A DNA stretch of 64,000 nucleotides. Origin: Vulcanimicrobiota bacterium (lineage in GTDB: Bacteria; Vulcanimicrobiota; Xenobia; Xenobiales; JADMJV01). Under the pieces are notes generated by a model. The model had not been told where the DNA came from, ran no database searches, and saw only the letters and a program-made list of their open reading frames with translations. This document shows positions 47,172 to 56,911 of the stretch, piece by piece; position 1 is the stretch's first letter, and every line of letters starts with the position of its first letter. The DNA lies in contig JBFWNU010000001.1 in NCBI GenBank assembly GCA_050250895.1, positions 2,150,210 to 2,214,209 of the forward strand, written 5' to 3'. A program made the position numbers and the translations under genes.

Positions 47172-48344
47172 CTAGAGATGGGTGGCGACGACGCTGCCGC
47201 CGACGAAGGTGCCGATGGTGCCCAGCAAGTTGGTCAGCACGATGACCATTAGAATGCGGGCTACCCGATTGGTCCACAGGCCTTTGAGGCTCACCAGATC
47301 GTCGCCGATCGATTCAAAGTCGGCCACCCGGGGCTTGCGGATCGAGGCCTCGACCAAACCGGCCACCCAGCCGCCGGCGATGGTGGGGTTGAGACTGGTG
47401 AAAGGAGAGGCCACGAAAGCCGCCAGGATCGTCAGGGGGTGGGCTCCGGCCAGGGCCGAACCGGCCGCCCCAAAGCCGGCATTGATGAGAAACCAGGCCT
47501 TGAACATCTCCCAGCTGGTTTCGGCTCCGCCGTGCACAAAACCGTAGACGATCATCGCCAGTACGATGATAGGGATGAGCCAGGCCAGGGCGCGACTGGT
47601 CTTGCTGGGGGCCGGCAACTCGTCGAGGGGGTCGGTGTCGATGGTCTCGCCCAGCCACTTCTTGATGCCCGGAACGTGACCGGCGCCCACGATGGCAACC
47701 ACTCGTTGGCCGGGCGATGCTTGGATGCGAGCGGCCAGGTATTGATCCCGCTCGTCAATGAGGGCCTCGCGGACTTCGGGCAGCTTTTCGGAGAACTCGC
47801 GCATGGTCTCTTCGAGCACGTCCGAGGTCTTGAGGCGCTCGATCTCTTCGGCGTCGAGCTCTTCGTCACCGAAGAGGCTGCCGATGAGGGTGGCCATCAC
47901 CTTGATCATCGAGAAGAAGCGCAGCTTCGCCCAGGTTCGCCGCAGGGTGATGCGGACTTCGCGGTCGGCCATCACGATAGGCACGCCCAGCTCTTCGGCC
48001 ACCGAAACGGCCCGCATCATCTCTTCCCCCGGTTTGACCCCCAGCTGGTCGCCGATTCGGCGCTGAAAGCCCGAGAGCATCAGCTGGGCCAGCAGCAGGT
48101 GGGCCTTGCCCTGGCGGATGACCTCGACCAGGTCGGTGTTCTTCCAGCGGTCCGGGTCGCGCAGCGACTGAAGGCGCGGCTCGCACAGCTCGACGGCTAC
48201 GGCGTCGGGGGTGACCTCGCGGATGACCTCTTCGGCCAGCTCCGCACTGGCCAGGCTGACATGGGCGGTGCCGACGAGGTAGATCTCGCGTCCGTCGAGC
48301 TTGATCAGGTCGACGTTGTCCTTGTGCTGGATGACTTCTTTCAC
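47172..48344 (-). CDS. TraB/GumN-family protein with C-terminal TM helices
   Basis: IYLVGTAHVS motif and overall TraB-family layout. Hydrophobic C-terminal third. Confidence 0.7.
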   Translation of the reverse strand: MKEVIQHKDNVDLIKLDGREIYLVGTAHVSLASAELAEEVIREVTPDAVAVELCEPRLQSLRDPDRWKNTDLVEVIRQGKAHLLLAQLMLSGFQRRIGDQLGVKPGEEMMRAVSVAEELGVPIVMADREVRITLRRTWAKLRFFSMIKVMATLIGSLFGDEELDAEEIERLKTSDVLEETMREFSEKLPEVREALIDERDQYLAARIQASPGQRVVAIVGAGHVPGIKKWLGETIDTDPLDELPAPSKTSRALAWLIPIIVLAMIVYGFVHGGAETSWEMFKAWFLINAGFGAAGSALAGAHPLTILAAFVASPFTSLNPTIAGGWVAGLVEASIRKPRVADFESIGDDLVSLKGLWTNRVARILMVIVLTNLLGTIGTFVGGSVVATHL

Positions 48345-48478
48345 CTGGGGTTAAACCTCGAGAGCTAGGCTTAGGTCGCGGCGTTGCTCTAACCTACTCG
48401 ATCGCGGGCACGATGTAAAGCGAACAGCACGGCCTGAAGGCTAGAAGGTTGGCTGGCTGGGTGGACGAATTGGCATCG

Positions 48479-48919
48479 ATGTTTTCTCGAATCTTGTGTC
48501 CCATCGACGGCTCCGAGGCATCCCTGGCGGCCGTGCGGCTGGCCAGCGACCTGGCCAAAGCTCACCAGGGCGAATTGACCCTGCTGCATGTAATTCCCAC
48601 GCCGGTGATGGAGTTGCTTCGTTACCGCTCCACCATGCTCGACTCGGACACGGTCTCGGACGGGGTGCGCGATCGGCTTACCGAACAGGCCGACCAGGCT
48701 TTGGCCGAAGCTTCACGGGTTTGCGGCCGAGAGTGTCAACTGGAACATCGCTGGGGCCATCCGTCCGAGACGATCTGTGAAGTGGCCGGCAATGGCTATG
48801 ATGTGGTGGTGGTCGGTTGCCGCGGCCGGACCGGCCTGGCCCGCCTGGCCCTGGGCAGCGTCAGCCACTATGTGGTGAGCCACAGCCCTGTCCCTGTTCT
48901 GGTCGCTCGTCACGACTAG
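48479..48919 (+). CDS. universal stress protein (UspA family)
   Basis: ILCPIDGSEAS N-terminus and C-terminal ATP-binding G-rich motif VVVVGCRGRTGLARLALGSVS. Start at the internal Met 48479. Confidence 0.75.
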   Translation: MFSRILCPIDGSEASLAAVRLASDLAKAHQGELTLLHVIPTPVMELLRYRSTMLDSDTVSDGVRDRLTEQADQALAEASRVCGRECQLEHRWGHPSETICEVAGNGYDVVVVGCRGRTGLARLALGSVSHYVVSHSPVPVLVARHD

Positions 48920-48936
48920 GCTGACGCCGTCAGGGG

Positions 48937-50046
48937 CTAATAGAATGTGAAGCCCTTGGCCTTGTGCTGGTCCTGGCGGACGTACCATTCTTCTTTGGCC
49001 CGCTCGTACTGAGTGCGCTTTTGCCACAGTTCGCTCTCGATGTTGTTGAGTTCGCTATCGATGCACGACACGCGGCTCTGGATTTCGCCCTGGCGGCGTT
49101 CGATGCCGACCCGTTTGGCTTCGAGTTCGGCGATCTCTCGGGCCAACCGGCCGCGCTCCTGGGGGCTGCTGGGATCGGTCGCGTAGCGTTCGACCATGCG
49201 CAGGTCGATGTAGGCGTTGTCGAGTTCTTCCTTCTTGTTGTAGATGACGCTGCTCATGTCCCAGTTGGTGTCGCGAATGCCGTAGATGGACTGTTGGGTC
49301 GAGGAACGATACGCCTCGGGTTCGTTGTTCATCCGCTGCTCGAGTTCGCTCAGGCGCCGCTCGTTGAGGGTCATTTCGCGTTCGAGGGCGATCAGTTCGC
49401 GCTTGAGCATCTCGATGCGTTGCTTGGCCGCCTGAACCTCGGGGCTGCCCCAGCGACCGTAGTTCTGACTTTCGAGGCTCGAGATCTGATTCTGGCGGGC
49501 CCGCAAGTCGGCAGCCAGCGCGTTGAGCGTGCCCAGGTTATTTTGATACTCGGACTGCAGCTGAAAGCGTTCGTTGCCCAGTGTCTGCTTGCTGGTCTCG
49601 AGCCCGGAGATGATGCCAGGCAAGGTGTCGATGGAGTCATCGATGGTGTGGATTCGGCCGTTGAGCCAGGCTTCTTGATCTTGCCGGTAGTAGGGCTCGG
49701 TCCGCTCGAGAAAGCGCTCTTGATAGCCTTCGTAAGCGAAATTGCCGGGGGTGCCGTCGTAGATGAAATAGCCCCGAGAGGCGCTCATCGAAGGTGTTGT
49801 CGCCTGGGACAACAGGTTGGACATCGGAGTCGGGGCCGGGGTGGCTGGCGTGGCGGGCTCGGGGCGAGCGCGGTACAGTTCGTGCACGGCCGGATTGTCG
49901 GCTACTGACGGATGGTCGTGACGGGTAAAGGCCACTTCGTCGTGCGGCTCATGCACTCTAGCCGCCTGGGTCTGCTTTTGGCGGCCCTGGAAGAAGCGAC
50001 GGTAGACGTCGTTGACTCCTGCGCTATGGGTGGTCGGTGTCTTCAT
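48937..50046 (-). CDS. hypothetical coiled-coil protein
   Basis: Long heptad-like segments rich in E/R/Q/L (LESQNYGRW...IEMLKRELIALEREMTLNERRLSELEQR). Confidence 0.4.
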   Translation of the reverse strand: MKTPTTHSAGVNDVYRRFFQGRQKQTQAARVHEPHDEVAFTRHDHPSVADNPAVHELYRARPEPATPATPAPTPMSNLLSQATTPSMSASRGYFIYDGTPGNFAYEGYQERFLERTEPYYRQDQEAWLNGRIHTIDDSIDTLPGIISGLETSKQTLGNERFQLQSEYQNNLGTLNALAADLRARQNQISSLESQNYGRWGSPEVQAAKQRIEMLKRELIALEREMTLNERRLSELEQRMNNEPEAYRSSTQQSIYGIRDTNWDMSSVIYNKKEELDNAYIDLRMVERYATDPSSPQERGRLAREIAELEAKRVGIERRQGEIQSRVSCIDSELNNIESELWQKRTQYERAKEEWYVRQDQHKAKGFTFY

Positions 50047-50249
50047 TCTTGACTAATGGTTAAATGGGCGTGGTTACCCACACCACCACCAGTATACCGG
50101 CACGCCGGCTCCGAGTGAAGGCATGCTTGCATAAGTTAACATGATTGGAACCATTCCAGGCAACCGCCCATGCTAGGCCAGGCCTCGCCTGACCAGGCTT
50201 TCGGAACGTTAACCTGGTTGGAACAAATTCGCCCACGTCAGGATGCATC

Positions 50250-50900
50250 ATGCTTACGATGCAAATCGGACCGGCTATAGGACAGGTAGAATTCATCCCA
50301 CGTGAGGTGGGACGAGTGGAGTTGGTGGAGGCCGGTCCCAGCGCCGAGTTCGGGGTGCACCTGGGCGACGGCGTTTTTTGCGATCTCAACGGCAATGTGG
50401 CCCTGGTGCCCGGCCGTTCTCAGGGCTCGCTGTCCCCTTCGCCCAGCTACGAGGTGCTCGACGGCGACAAGCTGACCAGCGTGCGTCAGAGCGACGACCA
50501 GACTTCGGTCGAATCGAGCGGCGCCTCGGCTCTAGTGGTCACTCGCCCCGGTGTCGCCGTGGTCCACGGAGAGTTCGGCCGCCAGGCCACCACCATCGCC
50601 CAGAACGGCAACGGCGTGGTGGTCTCCTCGGGCGACTCTCAGGTCTTGATTCAGTGGTCGGCCCAGGCCATCGAGATCGAGGCTCGCGGCAACAAGACCT
50701 TGCTGGTTCCCTGTGAGGGGGGCTTCATGGTGGATGCGCCGGGAACCGAGCGCGACGTGCGGGTCGAACAAAAGACCGACGGAGTCAGTCTGACCGACAG
50801 CCGTGGCACCGAGACTCGCTTCGCCGCCAACGTCTTCAAAGGCGAGCATGGGGTGTTGCTCGAGACCCCCAATCGCCAGGTCTTCATCTCGCCGCGCTAA
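50250..50900 (+). CDS. hypothetical protein
   Basis: 216-aa ORF, Gly/Val/Ser-rich with no motifs. Confidence 0.35.
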   Translation: MLTMQIGPAIGQVEFIPREVGRVELVEAGPSAEFGVHLGDGVFCDLNGNVALVPGRSQGSLSPSPSYEVLDGDKLTSVRQSDDQTSVESSGASALVVTRPGVAVVHGEFGRQATTIAQNGNGVVVSSGDSQVLIQWSAQAIEIEARGNKTLLVPCEGGFMVDAPGTERDVRVEQKTDGVSLTDSRGTETRFAANVFKGEHGVLLETPNRQVFISPR

Positions 50901-50933
50901 AGGAAAGCCGCCCTGCCCTTAGAATCGGGGCGC

Positions 50934-51665
50934 GTGCCAACGCGCAAGCTCGGTCCCTTCAGTCACACCCTCAAGGCGGTGATGCCCATGGCCATTTATG
51001 GCCACGGCGGCGTGCCGCTGCTGGTCTTTCCCACCGCCACCTCCGATTTCGAAGAGTTCGAGCGGATGGGGATGGTCGAGGCTCTGGCGGCCCCCCTCGA
51101 GCAAGGGCTGGTGCGGCTCTATTGTATCGACAGCATCAACGGCCAGAGCTGGTCCCATCCCGACCTGCCCCTCGACGAGAAGGCGCGGCGACAGACCCTC
51201 TACGATGCTTACGTCACGCGCGAAGTGGTGCCCCTCATCTGGCACGACAATCGAGCTCGGGTGCCCATCGCTACCACCGGAGCGAGTTTCGGAGCCTATC
51301 ACGCGGCCAACACCCTGCTCAAGCACCCCGAGTATTTTCGCTGGTGCATCTGCATGAGCGGTGTCTACGACATGCGTCCCGAGCACGGCGAAGAGCCCCG
51401 CGAGGCGGCCTATCGCGACCACAATCCCGGCTCCTATCTGCCCCGGCTAAGTCATGGCCGACGAACCCGCTTGCGGAGTTGCTCGATCGAACTCATTTGC
51501 GGGCGGGGGGCCTGGGAACGAGTCCACTGGTCCCGCGATTTTTCGCGGCTGTTGTGGACCTGCGGCATTCCCCATCACTTCGACCTGTGGGGGCGCGACA
51601 GCGCCCACGATTGGCCGTGGTGGCATCAGCAGCTGGCGGGAGCCGTGCAGAGGCTCTTCGGATGA
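50934..51665 (+). CDS. putative esterase (esterase D / enterochelin-esterase-like fold)
   Basis: GxSxG nucleophile (TGASFGAYHAANT) and overall 'putative esterase' family arrangement. Confidence 0.6.
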   Translation: MPTRKLGPFSHTLKAVMPMAIYGHGGVPLLVFPTATSDFEEFERMGMVEALAAPLEQGLVRLYCIDSINGQSWSHPDLPLDEKARRQTLYDAYVTREVVPLIWHDNRARVPIATTGASFGAYHAANTLLKHPEYFRWCICMSGVYDMRPEHGEEPREAAYRDHNPGSYLPRLSHGRRTRLRSCSIELICGRGAWERVHWSRDFSRLLWTCGIPHHFDLWGRDSAHDWPWWHQQLAGAVQRLFG

Positions 51666-52240
51666 CCGAGAAAGAACTCAAATTCATCGTGCCTGATGAG
51701 CCCGCCTATCAACGGCTGCTGGCTTTGCTCGGAGAACCCCAGGCCAGGATGCAGCAAGTAAACCGTTACTTCGATACTCCCGATGGGCGTGTGACCGCGG
51801 GTTTTGCGGCTTTGCGAGAGCGAACCGAGTCAGGTCGGCGGGTATTGACCTTCAAAGCCGGCAAACGCCAGCAGGACGGCTACTTCGAGGCCCTCGAGTT
51901 CGAGTGCGAACTCGACGACCAGCTCTTTCCCGACCAGTGTTGGGGGCTGGCCCCGATGGTCGAATTCACCAGCCGGTTCGGCGAGGGGCCGCTGGTCGAG
52001 CAGGGAGCCACCGAGAACCTGCGATTGTGTTTCAGGCTCTCGGGGGGCTGGCTGCTCGAGCTTGACCGCACCGTTTTTCCTGGAGGTAGGGTCGAGTTCG
52101 AGGCCGAGGTCGAGACCGAGGATCCCGAGGCGACTCGGGCGGAACTGGCTACCCTGTTTGCTCAGGCGCAAGTGGCTCTGACGCCTCAGACGAAGACGAA
52201 ATATGCTCGTTTTCTCGAGGCGGTCCAAAGGCGTCCTTGA
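51662..52240 (+). CDS. CYTH-domain protein (triphosphate tunnel metalloenzyme)
   Basis: N-terminal EKELKFIV (ExExK) signature. ATGA overlap with the esterase stop. The ORF in the track begins further upstream (51122) in the same frame but overlaps the esterase. Confidence 0.6.
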   Translation: MTEKELKFIVPDEPAYQRLLALLGEPQARMQQVNRYFDTPDGRVTAGFAALRERTESGRRVLTFKAGKRQQDGYFEALEFECELDDQLFPDQCWGLAPMVEFTSRFGEGPLVEQGATENLRLCFRLSGGWLLELDRTVFPGGRVEFEAEVETEDPEATRAELATLFAQAQVALTPQTKTKYARFLEAVQRRP

Positions 52241-53396
52241 AATAGTCGGGCAGCTCGAAAGCGTTCTCGAGCACCCGGGGCGTGGTTCGGGTTCCCAGCG
52301 GCCGCGGCGGCGGGCCCTGCAACGGTTGAGTGAGTGGGCCCTCGTCAAAGACAGGAATCTCTTCCTGTTCGGGAGCTTTGGCCAGTTCCCAATCCACTTC
52401 GACCAGCGACTCTTCGGGCTCTGGGGGATTCACCTGCTCGGCTTGCGGCCCGGTCATCGGCTCGGCCGCCGGCGCTGTCAGCTCCACCCCCTGGTGGCGG
52501 GCCACCGCATCCACCACGGCGGCGGCTACGCCCAGGGCCAGACCTGTCTTCTGCTGGCAAAGTTTGACGGCGTGCAGACGGTCGCCCTGGTCCAAAAATT
52601 CTTCGATCTCGGACTTGACCTTGTCCTCGAGATGGCCAAGCTTGGCTTCGGCCGCCTTTTCGAGGTCGTCGATTCCCTCTTCGGACTTGAGCTTTTCGAG
52701 CAACTGATGCGAGCAGGGCAGGTCCAGGCCAGAAGCGTCTCGCAGCTTGTGCAGAGCCTGGACGGATTGGCCGTTTTCCAGTAGCGAGACGACATCAGCT
52801 CGGACCGCGTCTTTGAGTTGCTCGAGCTTTTGCTCGAGCAGAGTCTGGCGAGCGTCGGGAACATCCTGCTGGCGCAGCCGTTGGAGGACCGCGCTGGCTA
52901 CGGCCAGTCCCAGACCTTTCTCCTGGCGCAGTTTGCGCAGGGCGTCCATGGTCTTGCCTTCGATCAGCAACTGGTCGACATCCGAGCGCAGCTGCTGGCC
53001 CAGTTCGTCCACCGTCTTGACGGTCTTGTCGCGCACACTGGCGGGAGACTCGTCTTTGAGGTGTTCGATGACCAGAGCGGCCTGCTTGGGGTCAAGGCCG
53101 GTCTCGTGGCAACACCAGTCTACGGCTTCGCGGGTCTCGCCCTCAGCCAGCAGCGACTTGAGGTCTTCTTTGAGCAACCCCACCGCGCCCGCGGCCACCT
53201 GGTCCCGGCCCATCTCGGACTGCAGGGACATCACGAACTCCGCGGCCGAAGCCGGATCGAGCAGGGCTTCGCGGCCGGCCTTCTTGACCGCCTCGGCCAT
53301 CTTGCCCTCGGCCACCAATCGCTCGAGGTCATCTCGCAGACTGTCTTGCAGGCGGCTCATCTTCCGCTTGAGCAGATTCTTCATGCGCAAGGCCAT
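52149..53396 (-). CDS. hypothetical protein with ~5 internal ~45-aa helical repeats
   Basis: Recurrent pattern L..L...G....A......GL....A..V..L (e.g. VDQLLIEGKTMDALRKLRQEKGLGLAVASAVLQRL / VVSLLENGQSVQALHKLRDASGLDL). The 3' end overlaps the convergent CYTH gene by ~90 nt. Confidence 0.4.
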   Translation of the reverse strand: MALRMKNLLKRKMSRLQDSLRDDLERLVAEGKMAEAVKKAGREALLDPASAAEFVMSLQSEMGRDQVAAGAVGLLKEDLKSLLAEGETREAVDWCCHETGLDPKQAALVIEHLKDESPASVRDKTVKTVDELGQQLRSDVDQLLIEGKTMDALRKLRQEKGLGLAVASAVLQRLRQQDVPDARQTLLEQKLEQLKDAVRADVVSLLENGQSVQALHKLRDASGLDLPCSHQLLEKLKSEEGIDDLEKAAEAKLGHLEDKVKSEIEEFLDQGDRLHAVKLCQQKTGLALGVAAAVVDAVARHQGVELTAPAAEPMTGPQAEQVNPPEPEESLVEVDWELAKAPEQEEIPVFDEGPLTQPLQGPPPRPLGTRTTPRVLENAFELPDYFKDAFGPPRENEHISSSSEASEPLAPEQTG

Positions 53397-53490
53397 GGCT
53401 TGTTCTACCCAAACGTCCTGGTGTTCATACTTTGTTAAGCGACTGGGGCTCGTGGTGGGGGATGGTAGTTATGGAGAGAGACAGACAACC

Positions 53491-53754
53491 ATGCTTGTGA
53501 TCAGAAATAGCCAGCAACTTGCCGCCGCCGAGCCGGCCGTCGAACACGATCGGATGCTCGTGACCAGCGCGGCCGTTCCCTCGCAGAGCGAGCATCGCCA
53601 TCGCCACCAGGAAGAGCGCCGCTCAGGCCGGTGGGAATGCGACGAAGAAGGCTATGACGAAGTGATTTTCAGCGAAGCCATCGAGGAAGAGCCCTATTCG
53701 GACTATGACGTCCAGGGGATCATCGGCAACCTGACTCAGGCCCTCAAGCTCTGA
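53491..53754 (+). CDS. possible small acidic protein (87 aa)
   Basis: In-frame Met with GGAGAGAGA upstream. Locally AT-richer codons, His/Glu-rich. It is the only part of the long ORF 52747..53754 not antisense to another gene. Confidence 0.3.
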   Translation: MLVIRNSQQLAAAEPAVEHDRMLVTSAAVPSQSEHRHRHQEERRSGRWECDEEGYDEVIFSEAIEEEPYSDYDVQGIIGNLTQALKL

Positions 53755-54596
53755 AAGAAGCCCTCGCCGGCCAGCTTGATTTTCTCTAGCTTGTTGAGAC
53801 TGGCCCGTTCTTTAAGCACCCGCGGACCCATCTGGGCAATGCGCTCGAGCAGGCCGCGATAGATTCGGGTCATGGCCACCAGTGAGGGGCGGCTGACCGA
53901 GTCGACCCTTTCCACCAGCGGCTCGGACTTTTCGTAGTAACCTCGCGCCCTCTCGACTTCGAAAGCGAGCAGCCGGGCGAAGCCCGGGCCGGGGTTGCCG
54001 GCCAACAGGTCGGCAGGCTTGACTTCGAAGCGTTCCAGATCTTCCAGAGGCAGATAGATGCGCCCCCGCTCGGCGTCCTCGCTGATGTCGCGCAGGATGT
54101 TGGTCATCTGAAAGGCGATGCCACGGGCTTCGGCCTCGGCAAAAGCCTCATCCGAACCATCGAAACCGAAGATGTGGATGCAGACCAGCCCGACGGTCGA
54201 GGCTACCTGATAGCAGTAGCGATAGAGTTCCTCGAAGGTTTGATAGCGTGAGACCGACAGGTCCGCCTCGGCCCCGTCAATGAGCTCGCGAAAATAGCGG
54301 GTGGGGATCGCGTAGCGCTGTACCGTTTCGTGAAAGGCCGGCAGGATGGGGCTCGAGTCCGCTTGTTGGCCCGGCTCGACCGAGGCCCGCCAGCGCGTAA
54401 GCAGCTCGTCGCGGTCGCCCACGATCTCGTCGTCGGACACATCGTCGCAGTAACGAAAGAAGGCATAGACGGCGCAAAGCGCGTCCTGGCGCTGGCTGGG
54501 TAGCAGGCGGATGCCGTAGTAGAAGTTTTTGGCTCGCTCTTTGGTGACTTGGCGACAGTGCCGATACGAGTCGGCCAGGCTAATCATGGCGGGCAA
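53736..54596 (-). CDS. squalene/phytoene synthase family protein (HpnC/HpnD-type)
   Basis: Asp-rich motifs (YCDDVSDD...; NILRDISEDAERGRIYLP) and YCYQVASTVG region characteristic of the trans-isoprenyl diphosphate head-to-head synthases. Confidence 0.8.
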   Translation of the reverse strand: MPAMISLADSYRHCRQVTKERAKNFYYGIRLLPSQRQDALCAVYAFFRYCDDVSDDEIVGDRDELLTRWRASVEPGQQADSSPILPAFHETVQRYAIPTRYFRELIDGAEADLSVSRYQTFEELYRYCYQVASTVGLVCIHIFGFDGSDEAFAEAEARGIAFQMTNILRDISEDAERGRIYLPLEDLERFEVKPADLLAGNPGPGFARLLAFEVERARGYYEKSEPLVERVDSVSRPSLVAMTRIYRGLLERIAQMGPRVLKERASLNKLEKIKLAGEGFFQSLRA

Positions 54597-54679
54597 AGCT
54601 TCTCGTTTGGGCTCTCAACTCCTGTGAAAGCCAAAAGGGCCACCCGTTTGGGTGGCCCGGCAAACCAGATAGTTCGAAA

Positions 54680-55057
54680 TCAAGCGCCGATGCGGTTTTC
54701 CATGACCTGCATGGATTCCATGTTGACGCGAATCTCTTGAGTCTGTTCTTGTGCGTAGGTGAAGAGCGTGGCTACGCGGCGGTTGCGGTCGATGACCAAA
54801 CGCTGGCCGATAGACGTATTGCGCTCTTCGCCCGGCTGGTTGCCGAGCACGTAAGCGCGCAGGTCGGCCTGGTCGAGTTCGAGATCGGGGGCCAGGAGCC
54901 AACCGTTGCGAAGAATATGTTTGGGCTGCATGACGTATTTCATGAAGCGGGGTGAGGTAACCTCGGTGAGGGCGCCGAAGAGGCGGGCTTCCCGCAAGCG
55001 GGTTGCCAATCGGGGGTGGACTTGGCCGGACGGCGCCTCGTGCATGACTGTATTCAT
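54680..55057 (-). CDS. hypothetical protein
   Basis: 125-aa ORF between the synthase gene and hpnA; no motifs. Confidence 0.3.
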   Translation of the reverse strand: MNTVMHEAPSGQVHPRLATRLREARLFGALTEVTSPRFMKYVMQPKHILRNGWLLAPDLELDQADLRAYVLGNQPGEERNTSIGQRLVIDRNRRVATLFTYAQEQTQEIRVNMESMQVMENRIGA

Positions 55058-55158
55058 TGTATTTGTGTAACCTTTCTAGCCGTCTCCGACTGAGGTTCGT
55101 TCTCCAGTTGTTGAGATTATTAAATATTCAGCTGAAAAAAGGCTGAAAGCCTGGGTAT

Positions 55159-56235
55159 GTGCGTTCCTCTCGGCCATTCCTGGTTGCGAGAGGAACTAGC
55201 CCACTCGGGCGGAAACGGTTTGCCTGTTTTAGGGAGTTCCTTTTGTCAGGCACTGTTCTCGTAACCGGTGGGGCCGGGTTCGTAGGTCACCATCTTGTTA
55301 ACAAACTACTAAACCGGGGCGATAGGGTTCGGGTTATGGTGCGAGCCAGCACGGATACCCGGCTGTTGGACGGACTCGAGGTCGAACTCTGCCACGGAGA
55401 TCTCACCGACCACGAATCGCTTCGTCAGGCCGTGCGCGGCTGTAGGCGCGTCTTTCATTGTGCCGCCGACTATCGTCTCTGGACCCGCGACCCCAGCCAG
55501 CTCTACGTCGCCAACGTGCAGGGCACCCATCAGCTTTTCGAAGCTTGCCTGGCCCAGGGGGTCGAGAAGGTGGTCTACACTTCGTCGGTGGCCACCATCG
55601 GCATTCCGGCCGACGGCACTCCGGGCGACGAAGAGACCAGGGTCGGCCGCCAACACATGATCGGCCACTACAAACGTTCGAAGTATGACGCCGAGCAGGT
55701 CGCCTTTCACTTTGCCCGGCGGGGGCTGCCCATCGTGATCGTCAACCCCTCGACGCCGGTGGGGCCCGGCGATGCCAAGCCCACTGCCACCGGGCGCATC
55801 ATTACCGACTTTCTGACCGGCCGTATGCCGGCCTACGTGGATACCGGGCTCAACCTGGTGGCGGTCGAGGATGTGGCCGAAGGTCACCTGCTGGCCGAGC
55901 AGCGCGGAGTGAACGGCCGCCATTACATCCTGGGCAACCAGAACCTGAGCCTGCGCCAGATTCTCGAGTTGCTGGGTGAGCTGACCGGCCGGGCCGCGCC
56001 CCGGGTCCGCATTCCTCAGCTGGTGGCCGAGCTGATCGGACACCTCGACACCTTTGTGCGGGGTAAGCTCTTTGGGGTCGAGCCCCGGGTGCCGATCGAG
56101 GGGGTCAAGATGGCCCGCAAGAAGATGTACTTCGATTCGGCCAGAGCCGCCACCGAACTGGGTTTCGAGCCCACTCCGGTGCGGGAGGCGCTGGCCAGGG
56201 CGGTGGACTGGTTCGGGAGTCAGGGCTATGTCTAG
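55159..56235 (+). CDS. hpnA: hopanoid-associated NAD-dependent sugar epimerase/dehydratase (HpnA-like)
   Basis: VLVTGGAGFVGHHL NAD loop and YKRSK catalytic motif. Sits immediately upstream of hpnG/hpnI homologues. The true start is probably nearer 55240. Confidence 0.7.
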   Translation: MRSSRPFLVARGTSPLGRKRFACFREFLLSGTVLVTGGAGFVGHHLVNKLLNRGDRVRVMVRASTDTRLLDGLEVELCHGDLTDHESLRQAVRGCRRVFHCAADYRLWTRDPSQLYVANVQGTHQLFEACLAQGVEKVVYTSSVATIGIPADGTPGDEETRVGRQHMIGHYKRSKYDAEQVAFHFARRGLPIVIVNPSTPVGPGDAKPTATGRIITDFLTGRMPAYVDTGLNLVAVEDVAEGHLLAEQRGVNGRHYILGNQNLSLRQILELLGELTGRAAPRVRIPQLVAELIGHLDTFVRGKLFGVEPRVPIEGVKMARKKMYFDSARAATELGFEPTPVREALARAVDWFGSQGYV

Positions 56236-56911
56236 CCCTCGGGTCGGGATCTTGGCCCCGATGCCGGAAGAGGCCGCGGGTCTGGTGCGCGTGCTGCGCT
56301 TGCGGCCCGAAGGCAGCCACCACGGCGTGCCCTTCTATCGCAGCCAGACGGTCAGTCTGGTCTGCTCGGGTCTGGGTCAAGAGCGGGCCCAGCACGCCAT
56401 GCACTGGCTGCAGAAGGTGGACCGTCCCCGCAGCATCCTGATTGCCGGGGTGGCCGGCGGCCTTGATCCCGAACTGGTGACGGGCGACCTGTTGTTGGCC
56501 GAGGGCGGCGAGCCCGCCTGGCTGGCGGCAGTGGCCGGCCGTCTGCCCCGGGCGCGGGTGGGCAAGCTGCTGACCTCGGGGCGGGTCATCGTCAAAGCGC
56601 GCAACAAGGCAGCCGTCTTCGCCGATACGGGAGCCCTGGCGGTGGACATGGAGACGTGGGCCGCGGCCGGCGTGGCCAGGGTTCCCTGGTTGGGGCTGCG
56701 GGCCATCAGCGATACCGCCGGCCAGGACCTGCCACTCGATTTCAACGACTATTTCGATGACAAGGGCCACTCGCGCTATGCCGCCGTGGCTCTCGAGGTG
56801 GCACGCCGCCCGGCCTTGCTGCCCGGGCTGTTGCGCCTGGCCGGCAACTCGGTCAAGGCCGTCAAGAGGCTGGGTGAGGCGGTTCGGGTGGCTCTCGAAG
56901 AGGCTCCGTGA
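56228..56911 (+). CDS. hpnG: hopanoid-associated phosphorylase (HpnG-like; PNP/MTA-nucleosidase fold)
   Basis: PNP_UDP_1-type pattern (VGILAPMPEE..., IAGVAGGLD, LAVDMETWAAA). ATG overlaps the hpnA stop (ATGTCTAG). Confidence 0.7.
   Translation: MSSPRVGILAPMPEEAAGLVRVLRLRPEGSHHGVPFYRSQTVSLVCSGLGQERAQHAMHWLQKVDRPRSILIAGVAGGLDPELVTGDLLLAEGGEPAWLAAVAGRLPRARVGKLLTSGRVIVKARNKAAVFADTGALAVDMETWAAAGVARVPWLGLRAISDTAGQDLPLDFNDYFDDKGHSRYAAVALEVARRPALLPGLLRLAGNSVKAVKRLGEAVRVALEEAP

Noticed and set aside
46721-47175. Three overlapping ORFs (46721-47083 -, 46767-47108 +, 46828-47175 +) with internally repeated peptide sequences
   Set aside because: They are read straight through the 122-bp tandem DNA repeat. 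The protein-level repetition simply mirrors the nucleotide repeat, and they overlap each other in all frames.
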